In this document: positions 24,682-37,255 of the stretch, piece by piece | How positions within the stretch are numbered: the first letter of the stretch is position 1 | Layout of the letters: each line of letters starts with the position of its first letter | NCBI GenBank assembly: GCA_020137815.1 | Contig: CM035350.1 | Span: 4,402,001 to 4,466,000, forward strand | Direction of reading: 5' to 3' | Source of the DNA: Hormiphora californensis | Lineage: Eukaryota > Animalia > Ctenophora | Length of the DNA stretch: 64,000 nucleotides | The notes under the pieces: generated by a model | Seen by the model: the letters and a program-made list of their open reading frames with translations, nothing else | Database searches by the model: none | What the model was told of the DNA's origin: nothing | Translations under genes and position numbers: made by a program

Positions 24682-27600
24682 TTAACTCATGTTGATCCGG
24701 GGAGAAACATCAGTAAACTTCTTCAGTTTAAATAACGGTTTCTCTAGTTCCTCCTCTCGTTTCTTGCTGCTCGTTAAATGCTTCGTCAGCTTTTCCTTCT
24801 GTTCCTTGTCAAATCTCTGATGGAGATTAAACAGTCAATAACTGGAGAAGTCTGGAGTGGAGGGGCGTTTATTGTACCCGTCTATGGTATAATTGTCGTG
24901 GAGAGTGATCGAAATTGCTGTTTGAGTGATGTCTATAATTGTAAGGGTTGGCTTTACAATTACACAACAAAGGCCCCCCTAGCCCCCCTGTGTAGCGGAA
25001 ATGTAGGACAATGGATATGGGGCTCGCATAACAAATTTGTTGTCACGTGACGGGTAACGTTGCTGGGGCAACGACCAATGAAATCCCGAGGAATAGTGCG
25101 CGCGCTCAACACACCACAGTTGCAACTTCAACTTAGCACAGAATCGTGCTCCCGCGCGCTACGTTTTTGTGGTCCGTTACCCACATGCACTGAACGTTTG
25201 CCAGAATGTGTGCTGGAACTTTTAAACGGTTATACCAGAGCGGGAATCGGTTCAATAACTTACTCTCTTCGCTTCCATCTTCTGCTTCCGTGTAGCGCTC
25301 ATATTCTTACTCCAATCGGCTTGGTAACCGTGTGAGAGGAGGTGGGAAAATGACACTGGCTCGCTATTTTCGCCCCTAAAACGAGAGACAGGTGAGAACA
25401 GGTGAGGGGTTATATGGTACTAAGTGACAGCTTCGTACAGCAATATGCCAGGAATTCTCGGTATCAACTTACAGTGCAGGTTTATTCACGTTAGTAATCG
25501 GGATTGATGGCTCAGGAATAGGCATGGGGGGTAATGGTTTGTTTATCTTATTCAACTCTCGTTGTTTCTGAGCGGCTCGAGTCAGGAACTGGTCCGAGTC
25601 ATTACCGTCACTGAAAAAGATTGTGGGATTTAGTGAAGAGTATAATACAAGTTGCCCAACTTGAGATTTTATGAACTCCAGGTTAGAACAGGAAACAATG
25701 GAATCTTGAGACTTCATTAGTTTTACAGCTTTAAAAATAGTTTCACAGCTTCCAATACAGGCTTCACATTGTGAAACCCCTCCCAATCTACAAAATTCCC
25801 ACCTAAAATCAGAGTCAATGGAACCTCTCCGTTTTGAATATGGGGTTTTAGGAGCACATGCTTCCTCAATAGGGCAGCTTTCTACGAGGTCAAAGGACAT
25901 TACAAACAACAAAATAGGTCACACTTTAAAGAGTTATGATTCATTCTCTTCTATGGACTTTTATCACTATCTATCTCTATCTCTCTATCTCTCTATCTCT
26001 CTATCTATCTATCTCTCTATCTCTCTATCTATCTCTCTATCTCGTTTTCTTTCTTCATTTAAAAACCTCCCCGACGGTGCGTCAGCATTCTTTGCAAGCA
26101 GACTTTGCCAATTGGTTATGTAGTGAGAGAGTCTCGCCTTCTCTCCATGTCTCTCTTCCTCACTTTCTATCTCACCATTCTATCTCTCTTCCTCCTATCT
26201 CTCTATCTCCCCCTCCTCATTCTATCTCTCTTCCTCCTATCTCTCTGTTGCATGATGCTTAACTGCCTACTTATTTTCAACTACTTCCCACTAATATTAC
26301 TATCCTCCCAAATTTCTCATTTACTATCTCTCTATTATATTAGCAGTACTACTATATCACATTATATGGCATTATTTCACTTTACATCGTCACTCTCTCT
26401 CACTCTCTCTCTCGGTATTCAATCCAAATCTCATTTCTTTTAACGTGATTCTCTCAAATAAGTAGGTGTGCAGTTACATAGTTACTTCCTCCAAAATCAC
26501 CCCCCTGAAACTCTCCCTAGCCACCAGCACAGAGTGAGATTGGGAGGTGCAACAGCACAACCCTTTTTAACATCCAGACACTCTAAACATTTCCTAGTTT
26601 TCTGATACCCCTACACCTATAATAGAACGCGGTAGAAACGATCGACGTTTTGGGCTGATAACAGTCCTGTTAACCCACACACGCACAGATCTGGATACCA
26701 CCTGATCAATACTTACTTCAAATCTAGGAATTCATCTGTGTTGAAGGGGGCCTGACTGGTAAGAAGCGATGCTTGCTTAGTCCTCCGTCCCGCCTTTCTC
26801 TGGATAACTTCATCTGAGGGGGACAAATCATCGATAGATTGTAGATTGGAATTCTAAAACTCTTCTCTCTTTCTGTCCCTCCCCTCGACCTCCCTCTTTC
26901 TGCGTGTCGATCACAATCTTACTCTCTCTGTCTCTCTCACTTTCTTAGTATCTCTGTCTCTCGCTGCCCGCCTCTCTCTTTCTAACAACAAGCATAACGT
27001 ACATGTTAGGGCCCTGTCTCTGTCGAGGCTTTCCAACGTTAGTATCTGGACTAGTGTTGGGATGATCAAACCAATCTACTCGATCGTACGCGAGCATATC
27101 CTTTGGGATCGAGTTCTCACGATACAGTAACAAGTCTGGGGAAATGATTGGTTACGAAATAACCCCTCTAAAGAGTGGATATATTGGATAGTGAAATGAT
27201 AGAGAGGAAGAATTGTGGAGAGATGAATAGAGAGAGAGAGACCTGTAAATGTTAAACAATCACCAAATCATGATTTCTAACACACCAGGTGTCAAGTCAC
27301 CAATAACAACATGTCTGTGTGTGTGTATAACAGGTGAACACGACAATACTGACCTTTTCTACCCCCAGCTTTAGCTAGTTTGATGTAGGTTGAACTGAGA
27401 CCCTCTCCACCACGACGGGGGGCTGGTTGTGGGTCTCCACCAATCAGATCACCATTCAGGAGGGGAATTTGGGAAACCGGAAGAACTGTGGCTTGCTTCG
27501 GTTGTATGTCCGGAACGTCATAGTAGTACCAAACTGAGGAGAGGGGAGAGAGAGGGAAGATTTAGATTTTAGGGTTATTTGGGACAGGGAACAGTTGGCT

Positions 27601-30600
27601 GAAGGAAGGACGAATAGAAACAAGAACACGTTGTTTTGGATGAATAAACAAATGATTTCTCTACACAAAAACTGTACAAAAAGTGGTAAAATCAGACACA
27701 TACTTCTCTTCAGTTCATCAATTATAGTATAATTATGGTTCTTTTCAATCTCCCACACACACACAGACATACACACAAACATACACACATACACTAATAA
27801 TAACTCTTGTATAAAACTTCAACAAAAAAGTATCGCCCAGCGATACGTAAACGGCTACTTTTTTTGGTTTTCTCAAAACATGTGATCAGGTTGGTTTAGT
27901 CCCTCAAAGTCTTCAAAAGATGTCAAAAATGTCTACAAAATTGTCTCTGTTATCGCCAGGGTCGTGGTGATTTTGTCTCATTTGAATTTGCATCGGAGGA
28001 GAAAATACTGGAGTATTTCCCGGAACTACCCAGGGAACTTGGTCGAAGGGTTGGGAAACCAGTTGAATTCATACCGACTTGTTCCTTGAAGTCCCGCAAC
28101 CACTCCGAATGACTGGCAAGGAGGTCTGCGGTGGATTTGTTTTTAGAGAACCAGCCATTTTGTTCCCGCTGGAACTGAGACACATGATCCTTAGGGTCGT
28201 AATTGTAGGACACGGGGAGGCACAGTGCGGATTTCTCAGCTGTAAATGACATACCATCCGGACCGAAATATGATTTCCATTTCTTGGCTAGCATGTCATT
28301 AGCTTGAACTCTAACTTGACCCCATTTTTGGTCTTTAGCAGGAGTCGAGGAGAGAATTGGTTCAGGGTAGTGCTGATCAGTACCATTCCGTTGGTTCAAA
28401 TTGTTCTGGAACATATCTAACACTGAGGAAAGTTCGCCGTTGATTTTTGAAAGAGATCTCAGAACTCGAGTCTGAGAGGCAGGACTTTTAGACCGACCCC
28501 TTTTTGAGGAAATGCCGTTCGTTTTACTGGCTCTAAAGTCTTCGGAAACGGATGAATCGGAGTCTGAAAGTGCAAGGTTGTTTTCATACTTCAACTTGTG
28601 TAACCGCTCCTTGTACGAGATCTGCTCCTTCTTCAGTTTGTGTAACTTCTTCTCGAGCACCATGGCATCCTGCGAGATCTCAGCGTTGATAGTCTCAATG
28701 AACTCAGTTGTCTCCGGTGAGGATTCCAGCATGTGATTCTCCAGTGTCTTCAGGTAACTCACTGTTTTTGAGGTATGCTCCTCTTTGTGTTTCTTGTAGT
28801 CTTGTTTCTTTGCGGATAGGTTCAGTTTGTGTCGCTCCTTGCGGAGTTTCGCCGCCATTTTTGCCTTCTCCTCGTCATCAAGTGGCGACGTCACCCGAAC
28901 ATGCTTCAACCGCTGTGACATCACCTTTAAATCATCCAGATTCTCCTCGTCAGAGTCACTCAGTGGACTTGGAATCTTGCTAACCTTTGGTTTCCGTCGT
29001 GGTTCTGACTCGTCACTTGAGTGAGCTGTTATGGCTTTGGTGGGTGTTCTAGGCTCCTGCTGGATACCATTAGTTTTTGGAGTTCCCTTCTTTGCATGTT
29101 TAAGGTCCAGTTTGAGCAGCTCAATTGAGTGATTTAGTTCTTTAACCTCCAACTGAAGATCATGTTTCTTGCTCTCCAGCTTCTTCACATCACTCTCTCC
29201 CTCAACCTTCTTGGCCTTGAGGACTGACAACTCTGCCTCGGCAAGCTTCTTGTATTCATCAGCATGGGCTTCCTCCACGCCCTGCTTACTGAGAGACTCG
29301 TTTAGTTTTCCAGTGATGTTCCTCTTTTCCGCCATCAGATCCTCGATCTCCTTGTGCATCAATTTGATCTGGCTTTGCAGTTCCAATAGTTCAGCAGTCA
29401 TCTTAAGGCTAGTACTAGCCTCAAACTCTTTTTGACTCAGCTCCATCTTCCTCTTCCTCTCAGTCAGAGCATTTTCCCTTTCCTTCAGCTCTCTCTCCTG
29501 ACTCTCCAACTGTTTCAACTCAGCGTCGTGAGCTGTCTTCCTGCTCTGAACACGAGCAGTCACGTTCTTTAGATCCTCATCAGCATCCTTTTTCTCCAGC
29601 TGAAGCATACTCAGCTCACTCTTATTGCGGTCCCTGACAAACGCCAACTGCTGCTCGTGGTCTTCCTGGATGGACTCCTTCTGTTCCCGGAACTCCTCTT
29701 GTAGTTCAGATAACAGTTCCTCCTGGTCTTTGACCACCTTGTCCTTCCTCTTGTTGAGCTCCACCTCCAAGTGTTCCACTTCCTTCTCGTGTTTCTCCCT
29801 CAACAGAGACTTCTCCTCATCTAACTCCCCCTCTAGCTCATGCTGCATCTTCAGTAGAGCTTGTTTGTGACTCAGTTCAATATCCAACTTCTTTTCTTCG
29901 AGCAATTTGTCCAAATCGAGGGACATGGACTTCATTTTCGCCTCCAGTGTGTCCTTCTCCAGTTGAGACAGTTTTGATTTTTGCTCCTCTTCGAGTTTGT
30001 CTTTGAAGGTCTTCAGCTCTGTCTGTTTCTGCTCTTCAACAGCTGCCTTGTCCTTGGATAGTTTAGTTGCTAGCTGTTGACGGTAATCACTGATGGCTTG
30101 ATCATGTTTCTCCCTCTCGTCAACTTTCAGTTTTTCGAACTCGAGATTTTGGCTGTTCTCAAAATCCTTCCTTTTCAACTGAAACTTTCGCTCAACTTCA
30201 ACCTTAAAGTTCTGGAAATCATCATCACAGGACATCTGTAAAGTTTTCTGACGTCTCTCCAGCTCAGTATTCAGTTCAGTTTCATTGCCCTGTTTCACCC
30301 GTTTTATCTCAGCTTCATGGATATCCTTCATATTCTCAATTTCCTCCTCAGTTTCTCTTTTTAACCTCCGCACTTCGAACTCCTTCATTTCCACCAGATC
30401 TGCTTTCTCCTTCTCGAGATCAGTATTGATCGCTTCCTTGAGGGCATCAACCTCACGAGCTCTAATATCAATATTCTTCGCTTGTTCGTCCTCAATTTCC
30501 TGCTCCGATTCCTTCCTGAGTTTCAAGATCCGTGCTTCCTTGTCTGTATTGATCTTTTGCTTTTCTCGTGTAAACTCCTCTTCCCTTTCTCGTCGGATAC

Positions 30601-31844
30601 GGTTTAGTTCAGCCTCATACTTTGATGTCAGCCTGTCCTTTTCCCTAGACAGTTCAGATTCCAGCTCTTTCTTTTTAGGACTCTTTTCACTTTCCGACTT
30701 CATACCCCTAGGACTGGAGATGGGGAAGGAGGTTAGGTTTAAAGAGTCTTTCAGCATGTTCGGAGGTGATTCAGGTCGATCCCTGTGGAAACTTTTTGGC
30801 AGATCCAACCCAAAATCAAGATCATCGTCGTCGTCATCTTCACTTTCAGGTTTAGCAGTTGATGAATGAGCCTGGGGCTGGGGTTGCTGTTTCTTTGTCA
30901 GTCTGTTTAGTCCTACTTTCTCGTTGAAACTAGAGCTCTCTGACTCATCGTAGGCCAGACCGATCCTGCCCGTCGGCCGCTGTTTAACCTCAGGAGTGGG
31001 AACAGGCGAGGGGATGAGTGGAGTCTTCTCGGAGAGCAACTCAGTGCTTTCCCGGAGATTGAAACTTTTGGAACATTCAGAAACATCATTTTCAGAAAGC
31101 TTTGGTTGCTTGGAAAGAGGCTGCAACTTTCCTCCCTTACCCAGACTGGGCAGTTTAGCCAAACTCTCCGATTTGCTCCGGTTCTTGGACCTAGATTCAC
31201 GGCCCTCTGAAATACTGGTGCTCTTAGTCCCCTCTCTGCAGCGTTTTTCCTTTTTCTTCTTTTCTTGGAGGTAAAGGCCTCGGTAGTATTCGTCACAAGG
31301 ATGATCCCACATGCTTTGTCCATTTTCAAAGTTAAAGTAGTAAATGTCTCCTGTCACGTCTTGTATGGGTTTCCACTCTGGAGGAAGGGGCTCCTTGATA
31401 CCCTGACGGGCTATCCACATCAGATCGGAATCCTCTGCAATATTGAGACCGAGCACGTCCGTGGCGTACTCATTGATCTCCTGTTCCGTCGGTTCATAAT
31501 TTTCATCATAATCCTCCTCCAAAATGAGCTGGTCTCCCGCTAGCATCTCTGTCGTCTTAGTAGTAGTGTATCAAGTCTGAAAGGGTAAGAAGGGTGTTAA
31601 TTAAACGTAAATAGTCACACGCTCAACAATTAGAATTTCGGATTATATGGTGAATGGTATAATACCTTGACAAGTTGCCAATGATGTCTTTCTCAAATCA
31701 TTCTAGTCCTATGGATTTCGAGATGTGAGTGTCAGGAAGAAGAAAGGAGATGAACAAGTAAAGTTGCTATTGGCAACTTGTCAAGCTAGACATGGGTTAC
31801 ATGCTTACAAGAGACATACCTTGTCCGGAGTCAATGTTGTTCAT
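24682..31844 (-). CDS. C7orf57-like (DUF5524-type) protein, multi-exon
   Basis: Exons include 31844-31820 (MNNIDSGQ), 27533-27354 (WYYYDVP...PVSQIP...[14 protein letters not shown]), ~27135-27003 (LLLY...[10 protein letters not shown]), QAPFNTD, 25882-25803, 25611-25473, 25375-25264 ([16 protein letters not shown]) and the last exon [19 protein letters not shown]. These match C7orf57 motifs DWYYH..ASQIP, YVKLAKQGGRPDLL and NFSKLISNGY..EW. One internal junction is not fully resolved. Confidence 0.75.
27950..31546 (-). CDS. CEP164: Centrosomal protein of 164 kDa (WW domain plus long coiled coil), single-exon CDS
   Basis: 1198-aa ORF. The N-terminus [24 protein letters not shown]...[46 protein letters not shown] is the CEP164 signature. 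Confidence 0.95.
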   Translation of the reverse strand: MLAGDQLILEEDYDENYEPTEQEINEYATDVLGLNIAEDSDLMWIARQGIKEPLPPEWKPIQDVTGDIYYFNFENGQSMWDHPCDEYYRGLYLQEKKKKEKRCREGTKSTSISEGRESRSKNRSKSESLAKLPSLGKGGKLQPLSKQPKLSENDVSECSKSFNLRESTELLSEKTPLIPSPVPTPEVKQRPTGRIGLAYDESESSSFNEKVGLNRLTKKQQPQPQAHSSTAKPESEDDDDDDLDFGLDLPKSFHRDRPESPPNMLKDSLNLTSFPISSPRGMKSESEKSPKKKELESELSREKDRLTSKYEAELNRIRREREEEFTREKQKINTDKEARILKLRKESEQEIEDEQAKNIDIRAREVDALKEAINTDLEKEKADLVEMKEFEVRRLKRETEEEIENMKDIHEAEIKRVKQGNETELNTELERRQKTLQMSCDDDFQNFKVEVERKFQLKRKDFENSQNLEFEKLKVDEREKHDQAISDYRQQLATKLSKDKAAVEEQKQTELKTFKDKLEEEQKSKLSQLEKDTLEAKMKSMSLDLDKLLEEKKLDIELSHKQALLKMQHELEGELDEEKSLLREKHEKEVEHLEVELNKRKDKVVKDQEELLSELQEEFREQKESIQEDHEQQLAFVRDRNKSELSMLQLEKKDADEDLKNVTARVQSRKTAHDAELKQLESQERELKERENALTERKRKMELSQKEFEASTSLKMTAELLELQSQIKLMHKEIEDLMAEKRNITGKLNESLSKQGVEEAHADEYKKLAEAELSVLKAKKVEGESDVKKLESKKHDLQLEVKELNHSIELLKLDLKHAKKGTPKTNGIQQEPRTPTKAITAHSSDESEPRRKPKVSKIPSPLSDSDEENLDDLKVMSQRLKHVRVTSPLDDEEKAKMAAKLRKERHKLNLSAKKQDYKKHKEEHTSKTVSYLKTLENHMLESSPETTEFIETINAEISQDAMVLEKKLHKLKKEQISYKERLHKLKYENNLALSDSDSSVSEDFRASKTNGISSKRGRSKSPASQTRVLRSLSKINGELSSVLDMFQNNLNQRNGTDQHYPEPILSSTPAKDQKWGQVRVQANDMLAKKWKSYFGPDGMSFTAEKSALCLPVSYNYDPKDHVSQFQREQNGWFSKNKSTADLLASHSEWLRDFKEQVGMNSTGFPTLRPSSLGSSGKYSSIFSSDANSNETKSPRPWR
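31763..31777. promoter_or_regulatory. Candidate RFX X-box
   Basis: GTTGCT-ATT-GGCAAC fits the X-box pattern GTNRCY-N(0-3)-RGYAAC and lies ~100 bp upstream of the putative non-coding first-exon donor (31665) of CEP164. Confidence 0.55.
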
Positions 31845-32818
31845 TTAAAAGTCCTAAAAAAGAAGAGGGAAGTGTGAGTTATAAAATCTCATAAAAGTGA
31901 TACGCTAAATAATGGTAAATCTTTGAAACCGAAAAGAATCAGTTTCAGGTAGAGGAGCGATAAAGTATGCAGGCATCAGGCACATGAATGCAATTTTTTT
32001 CAAAACAGAGTCGATTAGAGCGAAGCAATTTTTTGGTCCACGCTGCCGGCTGCAGCTGCAGTTCCATGTATCAGTGGCCGTCAAAATAGTGCACACTATG
32101 GTCTGCAGCGGGAATCAAATTTCAAAAGTTCTTTCACTTATGCTTCAGGCCCATTTAACGCACATGAGGAGACTGCAGCACCTTCCAAACACTAAACAGT
32201 GAAAACAAACTAAACAGTTCTTGGCAAACGCTACTGGCACCAGCGCGGGATAAGGCAGCGCTTTTCAAAGACAGTTCTTTTTTCAAGCCTGCGTCACAAA
32301 AATTTCGGTGGAACCAAAATTTTACATTTTCTTTCTTGACTTTTTCGGTGGTTTTTTTTTACGCTGCATTTGTCTTGAAAAGTGCGCGAACGCGAAATTT
32401 TTTTCTTAACTACGCTGCAAAAATAAAGACGCGCGCGTGAAACTTGGATCTCTTGGTTGTTTGCGGAGGACTTCATTTTATTTTGTGTTTTTTAGATTTC
32501 GAAATGTCGTGTTTTTTAGATTTCATGTTTTTTGTTGTTTTTAACCTTTTTTTACAAGTGAAATAGACAGACTGCTCTGAGTCGTGAAATGATCGATAGA
32601 CGATGATCATTTATATTTCATTGCATGGCCGTAAAATCGTTTTTGAATTTCAAATAAGTATTTGACTAAATCACTAATTATAGTAGAATTAAATGTACAT
32701 ACAGGCTACATTATCAATCATGTGACTCTCACTCCACTCTCCGAATTGAACTGTCTTACTAGTGTGACACTGCAGAGATTTTTCTCCACTCTCGTTTCTC
32801 CGAAGCGAACTGTCTTGA

Positions 32819-33904
32819 TCACACTGCAGAGTTTTGAGTTGTGCTCACAATTTTATTGGAAACCTTCACATGCCTGGTAAGGACCAAGTATATTACAGGG
32901 TTTAGAAGAGAGCACAGGATGGGAGAGATTATTCCATAGAACAGGACAGATACGATGACGTAAGGTGATGCATCACCTCCATTTGCTAAGACCTGGTGAC
33001 TCACAATTGTTTTGTTGACCATTGCAAGGAATGTGATAAAACTTCCCAGATTAAACAGTAATACCTTAATACTTCCCTTCAGACTCCTTGTCTGGTTTTC
33101 ACTCAGGGCCGGTTTCATGTACATCTTTAGTAGCTCCACCACCGTTAGTGTGGATGCTGTTAGACCTATTAACTGAAACACAACGACAACTATATTGCCA
33201 GCCATATATACTGCTATGATAGAACACAAGTCGAGCCCGAAAAGATAGCCGTAGGTAATTTTATTTGTGCAAGTTGAAGCATTACTACGTGTAGCATCTG
33301 CATTCACAAATACATTTTGTGCTATGACGTAATAAAAGGCCGTGTCGTCATCATCCTTATACCGGAGTAGTTCCCAGTTAATTACCATCTTGTATAAGGT
33401 ACATGCCAGCATGACAAAGAAAACTCCCCGTGTGGAAATGTGGGTGAAGGGTTGTTTGATTTGGATGTACCGGGTTAGTGAGAGACAACCCGTTATAACA
33501 CAAGGAGCATAGGCCACGACCCATATAAACACTCCGGAGTATCTCTCCAAGGTTGATGGGTTAAGATAACCCCAATTGATGTAGCTCTCGTTGAATGATC
33601 CTTCGTTAATCTGACTGACAAACTCAGATTTCCTCGGCTGCAGTGTTTTAATGCCATAGTTCAGAGGGAGAAGGAGGTTAGTAACGAAGTCGTTAATCGC
33701 TAGGGTAAGGTAAAGCATGCGGGCTGTTGAGGGAGGTTTTGAGAAGTTCCGGTAGACCACTATGGAGTTGAGGATAGTTGATGCTATTGAGGCTGAGAGG
33801 AGAACTAGGAAAATTGGGAAGTCCGGTAATGATGTCCCTCCTTCGCTTATCAGCGCCATATTGCTGTGGATCTGAACAAAAGTGGTTTTATAAAGTGCAA
33901 ACAA
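32819..33904 (-). CDS. Rhodopsin-class (class A) GPCR, intronless CDS
   Basis: Seven hydrophobic segments; TM1 ILNSIV, TM2 LAINDF, TM3-end SLTRYIQIKQPF, TM7 LNPVIY. Likely start at MALISEGG (33859). Confidence 0.85.
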   Translation of the reverse strand: MFALYKTTFVQIHSNMALISEGGTSLPDFPIFLVLLSASIASTILNSIVVYRNFSKPPSTARMLYLTLAINDFVTNLLLPLNYGIKTLQPRKSEFVSQINEGSFNESYINWGYLNPSTLERYSGVFIWVVAYAPCVITGCLSLTRYIQIKQPFTHISTRGVFFVMLACTLYKMVINWELLRYKDDDDTAFYYVIAQNVFVNADATRSNASTCTNKITYGYLFGLDLCSIIAVYMAGNIVVVVFQLIGLTASTLTVVELLKMYMKPALSENQTRSLKGSIKVLLFNLGSFITFLAMVNKTIVSHQVLANGGDASPYVIVSVLFYGIISPILCSLLNPVIYLVLTRHVKVSNKIVSTTQNSAV

Positions 33905-35113
33905 CCCCTCTCTAGTTTCCTCAACCCTCTATAATTTCGCAAAGGATGAAATAGTCGCCCTGATTTGATATTTTGGTAGAAGGGTGACAGGGACCACCGC
34001 TAAAAAGTTGGTCATGCAATGACCCCTACGCAGAGCATTAGAACAAAGTCGGTATTGGAGTAAGTAATGAAAGTACCTCTCAACGCAAGCTCCCGAAGGC
34101 CGAAGTGTAATAGCGGTGACTTCCGGACTTCGTTACCAAGGATTTGAGGAGCTAGTTAAATTACCAACTATAGAAAAGTTGGGGAAATGGAAGTTTTCAG
34201 CTTTGGAAATGAAAACTATAACTGAGGCAGATAAAGGCACTGATCTAATTGTTAGTATGTTGCTGTGGAGATTATGGTGGTGTTGACACCTGTCTGGGGC
34301 ACGTGGGGGAGAGAGTTGGGCGGAGAGAGGGAAAGAGAGAAGGATAGGTATAGGAGGGGTAAGAGAGAGAGAGAAAACGAAATAGCATCTTCCCACCTGA
34401 ACTGCACGTGTGGATAATTATCAGCGTTCTTTAGCCTCGACGTTCTATTTCTCCCACTGGTTCTAAAGAAAGATAAATAGTGTAGACTGGGGCAATTTGG
34501 TTAGTTTTTCGGTGGACAACACAATTAACACATGATCAGACCATAAAATGGATCTACTGACCACCACAACAGCTGTAATAGCTTCCGGCTCCGATCATAA
34601 CTATTTCTCACACGACAGCCGCGATGAGAAACGTCACACTTTGAGGAGGCACCGAAAAAAACATCATGACCCCCATGACAGGATTGTACCACCGAATATA
34701 GAATAGAAGGTAAACGAAAAACTCCGTTGCTCCTTACTCAATAAGTTGCTCCCCCTCTGTTTGACATGTCACCAGTCTGTCGGCGTCCATTATGAAACGC
34801 CATAGAAAGGGATATCAGCTTTCAGGCCAATGCTCTGACCACAGTTCTCGTGCGCTCCGCCAATGCTCTGACATTGGATTTATCAAGGTCGCCTTACTGC
34901 GGTTTTAACCATGCTCCACCTAGGTGCACCTTCCCCATTGAGTAGTTGTGTAACAAATACACATGCCTTATACATGCTGTCTGAGCGCACTGAGAATCAA
35001 ATGGGGTATGGCGCCGCCATACAGTATACATGCATGTAATATTGCCGTATTAATATTTCGCTAGGAAATAATTTACACTTGTCATGGGCCGTCACTGCAC
35101 ACACACACACACA

Positions 35114-35184
<71 letters not shown>

Positions 35185-35445
35185 TCTCTCCTACCAATAT
35201 CATCCGCCACTCATTACATCTTGTCAGCTGTTCCTCTGTGTACTACTTCTTATCTACTACTCTCCCCCGAGTGGTCTCCAAGCTTCTAGAACAATTTAGA
35301 ACATCTTATCTTATATCTCTTTATCCTCTTAATTATCTCTAAATAAGACCGCTACAGCCCGAGCATAATATTTCAGTTGTATAGTATTAATAGTCTTTGA
35401 CTCTTTGTTTTCGTTATGGTTTTCTTTAGCAAGCCTAGATCCCAA

Positions 35446-37255
35446 ATGAGTGACTCTCATCACTGCGAAGATAAACGCCGCAAGGTAATCTGAATTGGGA
35501 CTCCTGGGAGTTGTCAATCCCAATTCTTTGGCACTATCATCAACTCGAATATCATCTCATATGGCCTCCAAAATTAGAACTACCCTCTTTCGTATTGTAG
35601 TTTGCACTTCACAAAAATTCCTCTATAAGTGGACTGTGTCCACTAATATAGAAATCCCTAAAAATCCCTAAAAACGTGCCCTTTTTCAGTTGTCAGCCTA
35701 TTACGATATGCATCACAGGGGCAGCTGGACGTATTCGCCTACTCCCTGATCCAGTCCCTGGCTAAGGGGGATGTGTTTGGACACGAGCAGCTCCTAGTTC
35801 TCCACCTCCTGGACATCGAACAGAGCAAGGAGGCGATGGAGGGTGTTGCTATGGAGATAGAGGACATGGCCAGTCACGTGGTAGACAAGTGTGTTGTGAC
35901 AACCTCCATGAAGGAGGCATCTATCTGGTGCTGATGTAGCAGTCCTTATTGCATCTGTTACCTCACCTACCTGGCATGGAAAGAAAGGACCTGCTGAAGG
36001 CCAATGTAAGGATCTTCAGAGAGACTGGAGAGACTCTGGAGAAGTTTGGGAAGAGGAGTATTCAAAGTGTTGGTAGTGGCTAACCCCAGCAATACTAATG
36101 CTCTGGTTTGTATGGAATATGCTCCCTCCATCCCTAGACAACAGTTTACCGGGCTGAGCATGCTGGATCACAACCGTACCCTTGCCCAGGTATAAACTAT
36201 AAATATCCTATGGCCACCTGTCTTGTGATCGAGAATGCCCCCTCTGTTCCCCGAGTTGTGACTTGCTGGGCGAGATGCTGTGTCACACAGTGTGTGGAAC
36301 AAGCGTCAAGCACAGCATTTCTCCCAGTGGCCTTCATGGCGGAGTGATTAACCCATTCTCTCTACCCAGTTAGCCCCTAAGATAGGGGCCACCACTGACG
36401 AGGTGACGAATGTTGTTGTCTGGGGAAACCACTCCGCCACTATGTACCCTGATATCTCCCATGCTATTGTCCATAAAATTGACGAGGTGGTCCGCCCTGC
36501 TGCTGATCTGGTATCAAAGGAGTGGGCCCGGGACACAATGATCAAGGTAGTGATTGGGTGGTGTATTCAGTTGTTGATTGTCAGGGGTGGAAGTGAGACT
36601 AAATTATTGACAGAATTGTAGCTAGAGGGGGTTGCTGTATACTCAATTCAAGTGTGTACCTGTTATACTGAGTGTACACTGTAGTATATCAGCACCTCTT
36701 CGTCAAAGACCCTACTTGAACTCCAAAATAACACTTTCCCTCCCCAATTAGATTGTCAGGACACGGTACGCAGAGATCATGCAGAGACGAGGGATGACTA
36801 CCATGTCGACTGGGAAGGCCATTGCAGACCATCTCAAATACTGGACACGGGGGACCCCTGTTGGACAGTTTGTTAGCATGGCGGTCCCTAGTGATGGAAG
36901 TTATGGAATAGCCAAGGGGGTCTTCTACTCACTCCCAGTAAGTCCTCCCTTGCTAAAAGTAGAAAATTTATTAACCTTTCTACCTACATGGCGTGTAGTA
37001 CTGCACTATGCCCTACCCTCATCCATTTGTTCAGAATCGAGAGAGAGTACAAACTAAATGTCCAACTGTCCAATAGGAATATCTGTACAAATATCCTACC
37101 TCTCCCCCATTCAGGTACAGGTAAACAAGCACGGTGATATCAAGATCGTTGCAGATCTGAAAGTTGATGAATTCTCCAGGGAAATGATTGACAACTCATA
37201 TACAGAGCTGATGAATGAGGCGAAGGAAGCACTCTCACTCGCTGAGGTCCTATAA
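35446..37255 (+). CDS. Cytosolic malate dehydrogenase-like (MDH1 family), divergent; four +1 frameshifts in exon 2 as given (error, pseudogene or recoding)
   Basis: Exons 35446-35484(?), ~35697-36189, 36370-36546, 36752-36937 and 37115-37255. Motifs [59 protein letters not shown] and FVSMAV.SDGSYG. Confidence 0.8.

Noticed and set aside
25469-25912. 147-aa ORF as an independent nested gene
   Set aside because: Better explained as two C7orf57-like exons (25882-25803 and 25611-25473) joined by a stop-free in-frame intron; the phases fit the neighbouring exons.
35687-35697. A fifth MDH frameshift at the exon-2 acceptor
   Set aside because: Using the second CAG (35694-35696) keeps exon 1 in frame, so no indel is required.
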